64,000 nt of DNA, taken from NCBI GenBank assembly GCA_002633005.1, contig NMRA01000250.1, positions 93,534 to 157,533 on the forward strand. The letters run 5' to 3'. The position numbers and the translations under genes were made by a program. This DNA is from Phoronis australis. Taxonomy: Eukaryota; Animalia; Phoronida. The notes below the pieces were generated by a model. It was not told where the DNA came from and searched no databases. It saw only the letters and a program-made list of their open reading frames with translations. Positions 14,001 through 23,567 of the stretch are shown here, one piece after another. How positions within the stretch are numbered: the first letter of the stretch is position 1; the number at the start of each line of letters is the position of its first letter.

Positions 14001-17000
14001 CATTAAATCCTGAATCACTTTTCACGAAGCAGACCTCTGGTGACAAAACTGGTTGTCGCGCAGCTCTGTGGTGTTTAGCCATTTGTCTTACAGAAAATAT
14101 TTTTTAGGAAATCGCATAATTCTTGGACAGTACTTAGTTGAGAACGGTACAAAAGTTCACGACTGTCACGCAGAGGTCATAGCCAGAAGAGGTTTCATAC
14201 GGTGAGTCCCATGCAAACACATGCATAGTAAGAAATCTCAATTATGTGTTTTTTATGTTAACAACTAAAGGACACATGTTCAGCTGTACTGAGTTATTAT
14301 GCTGCTTTGAAAATTTGCCAAATATCTCAAGTATTATGTTGTAGAATAAGTATTATGTTGTAGAATAAGTATTATGTCAAAACTTGTGGAATAAGTGGCA
14401 TGTTGCATTTTAGGTTTTTTCTGATATATAACAAAGTTTGTGTAAAGGAAAGTCTGCTACTGAACTATACCAATATCTTTGAGTGTTTGTTTGTAATTAG
14501 TGTAAAGGAAAGGCTGCTACTGAACTATACCAATATCTTTGAGTGTTCGTTTGTAATTAGTGTAAATGAAAGGCTGCTTCTGAACTATACCAATATCTTT
14601 GAGTGTTCGTTTGTAATTAGTGTAAATGAAAGGCTGCTACTGAACTATACCAATATCTTTGAGTGTTTGTTTATAATTAGTCAGCAATGTATTCATCAAG
14701 TCAATGTCTAGAGTTTGTAGCAAGATGGTCACAGGTTTGATTTTCCTCCAGTACGACTGAGTGGTAAAACTTCAGTTAATTTTATTTATCAGAGAAAATT
14801 TAATTCTGTTCAGCAGGGCTATGGTACTTACTAAACATCTTAAACCCTCAGAAGTGCCCGCTCCACTCTTCAGGATTGGTTTAGTGATTAGATAGATGAA
14901 ACGCGAGACTTCCAGCTGTGCTGTCGCGAGATACCATCGATAATAGCATTCCAAGCAGTAGGCTTTCCTTGTTGGACAAAGATTTACATTTCAAGATAAA
15001 TTTTATTGTTGAAAGTCTGATATCCTTAATACAAGGGGTTTTTGGTTCTTAATCTTTGCATTTTTCCACTCAACAATAGAACAGGGATGTCCAAGGCTTG
15101 GTCACGTGTTGATTTCCTCTGTTACAGGTTTTTGTACAAACAGATCGTTACGTTCAAGCAGCGTAAGGAATCCGTATTCCAAATGGGCCCATACAACAAG
15201 CTGAGACTCCGGCCAAACATCACGTTTCATCTGTACATAAGCCGGCCACCGTGCGGCGATGCCTCCATATTTCTCAGTATTGGGTCAGTTCATTATGCAT
15301 AGGTCCAGTCTGTTGCCTCTTGATTTACAGCATGTTTTAATACACCTTATTCACACGGTCGCCATATTATAAAGAGCCTCTTTATAGGTTTTAAAAAGTC
15401 ATTCTTTGCTTAATCACAGTACAAAACGTGATTTTAATATATGTATGTCTCAAATGCATTGTTTTTTAAACCTAAAAAAGAGGCTCTTTTTTAAAGTGGC
15501 GACTGCATGAATAAGGTGTGTACACAATTATATTTAAAGGTTCTGTAGAACCTTACCAAATGTGTGTGTATAAGTTCTATACACAATTATATTTAAAGGT
15601 TATGTAGAACCTTATCAAATGTGTGTGTATAAGTTCTATACACAATTAATATTTAAAGGTTCTGTAGAACCTTATCAAATGTGTGTGTATAAGTTCTATA
15701 CACAATTAATATTTAAAGGTTCTGTAGAACCTTATCAAGTGTGTGTGTGTGTGTGTGTAGCCAAGTATCTAGCAAACTGTAGATCTTAACTCTCTAAAAG
15801 TACATATTTTCTGAAAGTGGAAAGCCTATAGAGTTGGATTTTTTACCAATTTGCCATTATTTGGGTAATATGAAAAGTGGCGGATTTAGGGTAGGCCAAG
15901 GGGACCATGCCCCCCCAAAAATTCTCCCGGATTCCATTTGTCAGGTTGGGGGTGCGAATGTCTGACGAGCAAATTCTTGGCTTATACTCTGCCCTGGCCC
16001 CCCATAGCTCAAAATCCTGGATCCGTCCCTGATGACCGTGTGTTTTTAATAAAATTTAGCTAAGGGACAGGTACACTGACAGCAAAACAACGATATCAGT
16101 AACTTGAGCAAATTTCGTTTGATATAAATTTTCAAGGTGGAATCTCAAAAACGCTGCTACAGTTTTCTAAAGTATCACTACACAACTTTTGCTGTTTTTC
16201 ACGAAGATCATAAAAGTACTATTTGTGATAGCCCCTCATGCAAAAGTGGAACATTTTGAGAACAATTGCTAACAGTGTTTAGGAGAATTGTGCATGAAGT
16301 ACTGTATGGGAAAGTTCTGTATGAACATGATCAGTCATTTCTAAGACACGATGTTCCAAAATTAGCCAAATATGTCAATGTTTCTAGGATGCTACTGCTC
16401 GTTATAATTTGAGACCATACTGGGTGCATAATACAACATGCCTTTACAAGCCAGTTTATGGCGCCTCATCTCAAGCAATACTAAGTTGCCAGTTTTTCTC
16501 AAGCCCTGAAATGACTGTTAGTCTTATCATGAAAGAAGCTGAGATCAGGCATGTGTTCCGTACAAATTTTAACTGTGTAAAAGTAAATATTCTCTGAAAG
16601 TAGAAAGTGTGTAGAATCTGAATTAATACCGATCTGCTATTTATTTGGTCACATGACCATGTCTTTTTAGTAAAATTTAGCGAAAAAGAAGGTACATCTA
16701 AAGAGCAAAACAGTATCAGTAACACAACCAAATTTTGTTTGATGTAAATGTTCAAGATGAAATCGCAAAGACGTTGTTACATTTTTCTAAAGTATCATTT
16801 GGTTTTTGTTTTGTGCAACGTCTGAGTTTTTCCATCGATAGCCCCTCAAACAAAAGTGGAACAATTTAAAAACAATTCCTAACTGTGTTTTTGAGAACAA
16901 TGCATCAAGCATGGTATGTGGAGGTGTCGTATGAATAGGATCCGCCGTTTTTGAGATAAGATATCTTGAAGTTTGCCAAATTTGGACATTTTTTTGAACC

Positions 17001-20000
17001 AAAAGTGACATTTACTGCAGTTCTTTCTTGGAGAGCAATTGTCCATGCAATGTAATCTATAGTTCACCTGGTACATTTTTCGCCGTGTTTCATCAACTTT
17101 TGCTGATTTGATGCCGACTTTAAAGTTACGCTGGTTTGTCATTGGTTGTTTATTCTTGCAGCACCGTTGGTTTGAAAATGAAACACTACAGAAAGCAAGG
17201 TCTACTGAGGACAAAGATAGAGAAAGGTGAGTCACAGCTTTCTGTACCCATCGGGGCCCTATCATCGAGAACTTTATCGACCTCTTGACCTACTTTCAAG
17301 TGTGAAAACGATCACTAAACTTTTTTTGAAATTGATAATGTGACATAAAATCAAAAATTCTGCAAGATGTTTTAATGGAAAGGTCACAGTGCAGTAGATT
17401 TTGTCGTGTACTTGACGCATGGGGAGTGCAAACATGTGTGTCATACCACAGAAAATGGTGGTAATGGTCTTATATAATGTGCCCAAATTTTGAGAACCAG
17501 TTTTCCCCACTAAATAACGGGCATCAAACTGGTTCCCAAATGCAGGCACTTTGTATCAGACTATTGTCAAAAATGACTACTATAGTTCTTCATTTATTTA
17601 GCTCACAATATGGCCGACAAGTAAAATTCTATGTGATCCAATTTCTTCACAAAAGTTAAGATTAAGTACATTTTGGTATATTGCCAGCGTGGCTTGCAGT
17701 GTACAGATATGAAACAACATTTGGAAAAAATATAAGAAAAACAACATTTGGTAAAGTTTCCTTTGTTTACAACACGGTATTCAGCTTTGGTTTGAAAAAT
17801 GGAAAAACGATCTGGTTGGAAATCATATTTGTGCAAACTAAGTGGAGAATTGCTGTACTCCCTGAAGGTCGGGTAAAGTTCAGTACCGCTGGGACCTTGC
17901 TAAAAAGCAAGACTTTGCAAAATTATGCGAGATATTGCCAGGTATTTTAAGGGCTGTTCCAGTGAAATCCATGTGGGAGGGGGGGAGGGAAGGCAATTGA
18001 AATAAAAATTTATGGGTGGTTTCGTTTGATTTAAATTCAAAATGGCTGGTGGTTATACTTCAAAAAAATAAAAATTTACTGGTCGTTGTTGTTTCATTGG
18101 TCCATAAGTGTTTGATGGTGGGTAATTTCAGTAAGTTTTATAAACAATCTGCACAGAATCAACAACTAAAACAAAAATGCAACTTGCAAAAAGCTCCGAC
18201 TTTTTCATTCCTTCCGATGTCCCCATCGGTATACCCATAACACCAGTCAACCACAGGCGCTCGAATTTCTCGATGGCTAATAACCATATATAAGAAACAT
18301 ATGTTTTCTTAGTAATGAATGACGTCAGTGGTGATCGAGGAACAGATAAACTCAAGCGCCTGTGCAGTCAACCACAAGAACAACACAAAAAATTACAGGT
18401 GGTTGCATTTCAAACTTATAAAAAATTACAGGTGGTGGGCTGAAGAAATAAATGAAAAATATGGTTGGTGGGTGCGAAAAAAAGGTGCCTTCCCCCTTGC
18501 AGATTTTACTGGAACAGCCCTAAATGAAAACGCGCATTTTTGGCTAGATTTTAGCAGAGTCCTAGTGCAATTCCTAGCGTTATTGAACTCTACCCTGATG
18601 TTTATCCGCGTATTAGGGATCAAACTGTGAAAATCACGAATTTAGGGTGAACACTGGAAGGGAACTGAAAATTGTTTGAACCGTTGCAGCCTTTATGTCT
18701 GTTAGTGTGCTTAGCTTTCTTTTAATTCTGTGTTTTCATTGTGCAGGGGAAGGCGCCATACCAACTGATGACTCCCAGTCCAGCCTGTATGCCTCCTACG
18801 AAGATCTGATAAATGAGCAAGAACGCCTGCGCATCCACTCGTGCTCCGACAAAATCTGCCGCTGGAATGTACTGGGAGTGCAGGGGGCACTACTCACCCA
18901 CTTCATCGAGCCCATCTACTTGACCTCTGTCGTTTTAGGTGAGAATGTCGATTTGAGAATGTGCGTGTCCCTGCAAGGATTAACGGGAGGGATCGTGGCA
19001 TTTCATGGTCATTGTGCCGTCACCGTATTTGTCATCTTCACTGTGATGCCTAACCAGTAATGACAATTCAACCTGTCTCTGGCTCTCTAGTTACACAGAT
19101 TCATTATAATGACCAGCATCACATTTCTAATTATTTTCACAACTTACAGTACACGACAAAATACTGTTTTACTATTATGAAGGCTAATTCTGATAACTGC
19201 AATATTGTCTGGTAAAATTCTTATTGCAGAATGGCTTAGCCTTCCTGTTAATTCCCCTTCATTCTCAGTCATCAGGGGAGACTACTCTGACAATGAATTC
19301 AGCTCCCACCCAGCCGTCATAACGGGGAATTCTGGGTCATTTTGGCTGAATACTTTTGGCTTGTAGTGTATCTGTGATGCCACTTGCAGACCTACATACT
19401 TTAAAGACACTCTTATCTTTATCTTCAACTGTCTACTGTAAGGAAGAGTTTCGTCTATCGAGTGACATCTCTAAAATGTGAACAATACTGCATGTAAATT
19501 AATTTTCAGTGGTAATTCATAAAACTTCTACTTCAATGCCATTCAACTGTGGCGGTCATTTCTGTTATGGCCGTTTTTTTTTCGGTCCACCACCAGAAAG
19601 TCAAAAGTTATTTTGAAAATGCTATGTTTCATTCTGGTTATTATTATCTCATGTTGAAAGAGAATTGTTTGTTATGTTTAAACTGGATTGGTTGAGAAGT
19701 TTTACAGAAAATAAGAGGAAATTGTACCTTTAATTAGGACTGTCATAATACAATGATTTTCTATTTTAACCTCTCAATTCAGTACATTTGATTCAATTCC
19801 CAGAGAACATTTGCATGTATCAGGTAAATTCTGGACATCAAAACCCATGGAAGCCTTTGAGAAGTGAATCAAGTTGTCATCGTACAGTACAAGACAAAAG
19901 TAATTAGGCAAAATACTTATTTTCTGGTAGCAGCAAAAATTACTGGTAGTAACTATTTGTGGGGAAAATTTTGAATTACATAAAGGCTTGGGCATCTTAC

Positions 20001-23000
20001 TGTTCTTTTAGTTCTCCAATCATTCTCAGTCACGAGGAGAAACTACTCTGAGCTTCAGTTTGGCTTCCACCTTGCCGTCACCATAGGGAATTCCAGGTAA
20101 TTTTCTCTGGATACTTTTGGCGGGAACTGTAAATAACAAAGTACCTGGTTCTCACACATTTTTAGGGAGCCACATTAAAGAACAGTTTGGGCACTTCAAC
20201 CGTGCCATCAGCGGGAGATTACACGCCTCCCAGGATCTGTACCAGCTGCCCCAGGGGTACCGGCTGAACAGGCCACATCCGTGCGAGACAAAGGACAGTC
20301 GAGATAACCTGGACTCTTACGATAGCACCACGTCCAAGCCACACTCTATGAATTGGTGCGAGGGTGACCTCACTGTTGAGGTCGTGGATGGCACTACGGG
20401 TAAAAAAAATAGTTATTACTTATTAAAGTATCTATAAAATGCCTTTTGTTGGAGACAATAAGTTTGGTTTAAAGTATGGTAATTGTCCACTTCTTTTGCA
20501 CAAAAATAATTACCAAAATTGTCATTTTTCTGTTTTTCAAAGGCTGATTATCTTGCTCTAAATAATGGAAACTTTAAGGAGAGTTGTTATATGACATCTA
20601 CGCTGTCAATGGATTAAAGTTTTCTTAGTCTTTATTTTTCTTGCGAAATTGCACAAAATGAAATTTCTATTTTCTGCTATATTGTTTGCCAAATAGGTGA
20701 ATAATTGCAGTACTTAGCTGAAAGCTTTTCAGAATTTGTTCCTTACTCAGGTGAGAAGTCATTTCAGAGTATATTATTACATGAGAGCCTGCTTGGCACA
20801 TGAAGTAACGAGCGGTGATGAGCCTAGTCATCAAGCTTGGTCTCGACCTTAACTTGAAGTGACCCCTGATCCGAGTTAGTATTACTTGGTTTAAAAAAAT
20901 TATGTTTATCTCAATAGTCTCTTCATTAAAGATAATGTATATCCACATTCAGGGGCCCTTGATTCCTCGATTTTAAGGCTGAATATCATTTCCAAAAAAT
21001 TATATGATATTCCCCTCATAAAGGCCAAAACTTTACTGCAATGATTCAAGAATTCCCCTTAAAACTATAATCAATTTTACTCACACTGATCCTTGGCTTC
21101 AGGTTTTATTTATTGTGCAAGTCCTCACTTCATAGTCGTGCCTTTCCCTGTTTTTACAGCCTCTGTGTGGAGAACAAAATGTGGATTAGTTTATCGCGAG
21201 TGTAGGGGTGGTCACATAGTATTGAGCAAGGAAGGTCATTCATGGGATCCCTGGGTTGACGACCTGACAACCATTCTTTTTGAGCTAGTTCAATTCTAAG
21301 AAAAACCTCAAAAACTGCCGAGATAAGGATGATTTACTCGGGTGACAAAATGAACCTTGATGGTTAGTACCAGTGTCAAGATTGGATGAAAAGTGGTCTG
21401 CTCTAAGCAGTGTATGAAGTGGTGCTTCGAAACAAGCGCAAAAGGTTACTGTTAGTGACTTCAGGCAAGCAGTGCCAATGAGTGGTGGAGATTGGAAGGT
21501 GGGGGGTGGACATGTGGGGATTTTGCTCTCACCTGAAAAAAATCCCTCTCAGAAGGCTCAGGCACCTTTCCCCACAGGTGAGTGGCGGCCGTGACAAATA
21601 CATCGCTATGTCTGTCATGTCTTATTCTTACGTTGACCTTGTTGCTTAATTTATCAGCTGTATCTTTTCTAGGTCAAGTGATCAGCAGCTCGCGAACAAC
21701 GTCGGTGTCACGAGTCAGCAAGATTCAGTTCTACCGCGAGTTCCTGCATGTGTGCGAGATATTTGACCGTCGCCAGTTCTTACATGGGCGTAGCGCCCTC
21801 TACGGCGAGGCTAAGATACTAGCAGCGGACTACCAGACGACCAAGCAATCCCTCTTTGACGCTTTTCAGGTTTGTTTTTATATATTGTATATGGTAAGAT
21901 TTAGTGCACTTACGTGAACATCTGAAAAAAAATCAGATTAAAAAGCTTTTGATGCATTCATTGGCAATTGGTGTGGCACATTTTTAAGAAGGTACATTCA
22001 TAGCAAAATAACGCCTCGGTCAATTTTAATGAAATGCCTTTTAATTGAAAACTTTACCTGTTACTTCAAAAACGCTGTTAGGAAATTTTCGATTCGTCTC
22101 TTAGTTTGGTGTCTGTGACAAATCAACTTGCAAAACGTAAGGTGTTTTTGTAAAAATAGTTGTATGTTTGTTACATTATACAAAAACTAGACCTTTATAA
22201 CGAAAATCATAACATTGTTTTTGCGATTGATGAATAAATATTAAATTTTGAAAGTTTCAGCGAAATCTACCTAGCCGTTTTCAAGAACTCATGTTCCTAA
22301 GTTCAAATTAAGTAGATTTGTCGAAGCCGAGAAAAAGCCAATTAAATTGGGAAATGTGAAAATCTCAAGGTCTTCGGTTAATTGTTCGGAGAAAACTTGT
22401 TTTTGGTCAATATAACCTTTCCATACCTTAACCATTTTTGCCGTTTCAACATTCACTCCAATGTCAATTGAATTTGCAGTTCATGGTGTTTTTTATGTCA
22501 GACATGCTAGGAATGTCAGTTAGGCAGGAATGTCAACTCTTTTTTCTTTTTCATTTTGTCTTATTACATTAATAGTGATTTCGTGTTTGTACCAATTTCA
22601 TGGGTTGTACCAAAATGTTCACTAAAATATTCTAAAATATGAGTACTAATATATTGCTTGACTGGCAATGGTGCTTTTCTTATTCCGGAAATTTCAAAGT
22701 TTAATTTGCAATACGTAGAATTAAAAAAAAACTGGCACTAGTGACTTTGTTGCGGAGAACAAAAGTTTTTGAGTTTAGCAGTTGTGCAGTGCTAGCGCTG
22801 ATGTCCAGGATTTTTCAACAAAGTTGACGTGCTGAGGTGGAGAACAATTTAAATCTCCATCTATGGTTTATGAAATGAACTAATAATGCAGTCATTAAAT
22901 GAGAAATGTTTATTGTGTGGAGCCTACACAGGCAGTGACAGAGTCGGCTATGCAGATTCTGAAAATAGTCGTCCATTATTTCTCTTTGCAATTAGAGTGT

Positions 23001-23265
23001 GGCATTCTGCTTAATTCTGTGCACGGCAAAAGAAACTCGTGGCTTTGTGGAATAACAAAAATGTTAGTTCCACGTAAAACTATATTTTCGTATTCACATT
23101 TCTTTTCTGCGTTATTGTTAACATTCTGGGTACTCCCTATATTTTTGTGTGGCGTTAGTGCAATGCGACTTATACTTGCAGGAACAGGGCTGTGGAACAT
23201 GGCTGTTGATGCCAAAGGAAGTTGACGACTTTCATATCTCAGACAAGGAGGGTGCGAGGAAGTGA
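7899..23265 (+). CDS. ADAR: ADAR-family dsRNA adenosine deaminase (ADAR1-like/ADAD-like), multi-exon, 5'-partial; >=3 dsRBDs plus deaminase domain
   Basis: Manually spliced exons: 7899-8016, 9982-10126, 10657-10787, 12307-12457, 13147-13330, 14108-14201, 15128-15283, 17162-17226, 18747-18938, 20166-20399, 21673-21869, 23182-23265. Phases are consistent from 9982 to the TGA stop. Motifs: [93 protein letters not shown]. Confidence 0.95.
9623..9822. repeat. 20-bp minisatellite next to the N gap at 9622
   Basis: gccggttgctacgctcacct x8 plus degenerate copies. Confidence 0.95.
9982..10126 (+). CDS. ADAR: ADAR exon: C-terminal half of a second dsRBD
   Basis: Acceptor aattcag, donor gtgagt. Encodes [35 protein letters not shown]...EFVK with a KKEAK motif. 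Confidence 0.88.
10657..10787 (+). CDS. ADAR: ADAR exon: N-terminal half of the last dsRBD (GC donor)
   Basis: Acceptor ttcgtag. Encodes [44 protein letters not shown] (PVSxLxE and GPxH motifs). Ends at AG|GCAAGT in phase 2. Confidence 0.88.
10947..11177. mobile_element. hAT-like MITE (CAGGG...CCCTG); second copy at about 13481-13750
   Basis: Termini cagggcttgaaat...ccaatccctg. Shares internal sequence (catgcaaaaacgtttcttggag) with the 13481-13750 copy. Confidence 0.55.
11850..12026 (-). mobile_element. Penelope-like element fragment (C-terminus of GIY-YIG endonuclease)
   Basis: [36 protein letters not shown] matches the PLE pattern ILDxExxWFxRGVKEAIxIxxxxPxLNRxGG. Confidence 0.75.
12307..12457 (+). 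CDS. ADAR: ADAR exon: C-terminal half of the last dsRBD
   Basis: Acceptor tcccag, donor gtaggt. Encodes [36 protein letters not shown]...KTA. Confidence 0.87.
12494..12635. repeat. Degenerate ~24-bp minisatellite just after an ADAR donor
   Basis: tttatgacaatatggtaactttgt, about 5 decaying copies. Confidence 0.8.
13147..13330 (+). CDS. ADAR: ADAR exon: start of deaminase domain
   Basis: Acceptor ttacag, donor gtatgt. Encodes ...[13 protein letters not shown]...[28 protein letters not shown]. Confidence 0.9.
13301..13453 (+). repeat. 50-bp perfect tandem triplication spanning an exon end and its splice donor
   Basis: acattggcactgtagtcagtcttggcactg|gtatgtgaagtcaatgtgcc x3. Confidence 0.95.
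14108..14201 (+). CDS. ADAR: ADAR exon with catalytic CHAE motif
   Basis: Acceptor ttttag, donor gtgagt. Encodes [32 protein letters not shown]. Confidence 0.95.
14440..14681. repeat. 60-bp minisatellite x4
   Basis: tgtaaaggaaaggctgctactgaactataccaatatctttgagtgtttgtttgtaattag repeated. Confidence 0.95.
15128..15283 (+). CDS. ADAR: ADAR exon with PCG zinc ligand
   Basis: Acceptor gttacag, donor gtcagt. Encodes FLYKQIV...[20 protein letters not shown]. Confidence 0.92.
15341..15522. mobile_element. Palindromic MITE; related copy at about 61465-61612
   Basis: Inverted arms tacaccttattcac...aagagcctc...aggttttaaaaa and tttttaaacct...gaggctctt...gaataaggtgtgta. Confidence 0.65.
15522..15758. 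repeat. ~60-bp minisatellite x4 ending in (GT)n
   Basis: acacaattaatatttaaaggttctgtagaaccttatcaaatgtgtgtgtataagttctat repeated. Confidence 0.92.
15875..16031. mobile_element. MITE family A (CAGGGGCGGATCCA/CAGTGGCGGATTTAG termini); other copies 39036-39193, 55501-55635, 62588-62977
   Basis: Shared TIRs and GC-rich body. 5-bp TSDs: atctt at the 55501 copy and ggttc at the 62588 copy. Confidence 0.75.
17162..17226 (+). CDS. ADAR: ADAR exon: end of 5'-binding loop and RTK motif
   Basis: Acceptor ttcttgcag, donor gtgagt. Encodes [22 protein letters not shown]. Confidence 0.9.
17950..18521. mobile_element. TIR-bounded non-autonomous DNA element in an ADAR intron
   Basis: agggctgttccagtgaaatc...gattttactggaacagccct with T/A flanks. 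Confidence 0.7.
18747..18938 (+). CDS. ADAR: ADAR exon: base-flipping GEG loop and SCSDK motif
   Basis: Acceptor gtgcag, donor gtgaga. Encodes GEGAIP...[40 protein letters not shown]. Confidence 0.95.
20166..20399 (+). CDS. ADAR: ADAR exon (RAIxxR...SMNW...VDGTTG)
   Basis: Acceptor ttttag, donor gtaaaa. Encodes [18 protein letters not shown]...[10 protein letters not shown]...[19 protein letters not shown]. Confidence 0.92.
21673..21869 (+). CDS. ADAR: ADAR exon (SRVSK, YGEAK, YQTTK)
   Basis: Acceptor ttttctag, donor gtttgt. Encodes [23 protein letters not shown]...[24 protein letters not shown]. Confidence 0.92.
23182..23265 (+). CDS. ADAR: ADAR terminal coding exon
   Basis: Acceptor cttgcag. 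Encodes [27 protein letters not shown], matching the GxWxxKPxExxxF C-terminal motif except K->M. Confidence 0.88.
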   Translation, partial: EQGCGTWLLMPKEVDDFHISDKEGARK

Positions 23266-23561
23266 CTTGGGGGGGAGAAGGAAATGAAGCGGCTAGGGAG
23301 TTTTGCCAATGAAGTGTCTAGCCAGAGGCGGACCTTGGTCGAGTCCTGATTGACTTATTTAGTGTTGTAGCATAGGACTAGAGGATTAGTGGGAGTTGTG
23401 TAAGCTGTCTTTATGAAATATTGTGAAACTCATCAACATCGTGTCATTGACAAGTTCTAGACGAGTATAATTATGTATGAAAACTCGTGGATAACAACGC
23501 AAGAAATTTTTAGTGAAAAAGTCACCTGGTAACTGAGCAAAAATTCTGTGGAAACCGGATC

Positions 23562-23567
23562 AATAAA
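23562..23567 (+). promoter_or_regulatory. Candidate polyadenylation signal for the ADAR gene
   Basis: AATAAA about 300 nt after the stop codon, followed by T-rich sequence. Confidence 0.3.

Noticed and set aside
17162-17226. Alternative frame [11 protein letters not shown] resembling ADAR1 HYPVFEN
   Set aside because: The conserved [12 protein letters not shown] lies in the other frame, which fits both flanking phases; probably coincidence.
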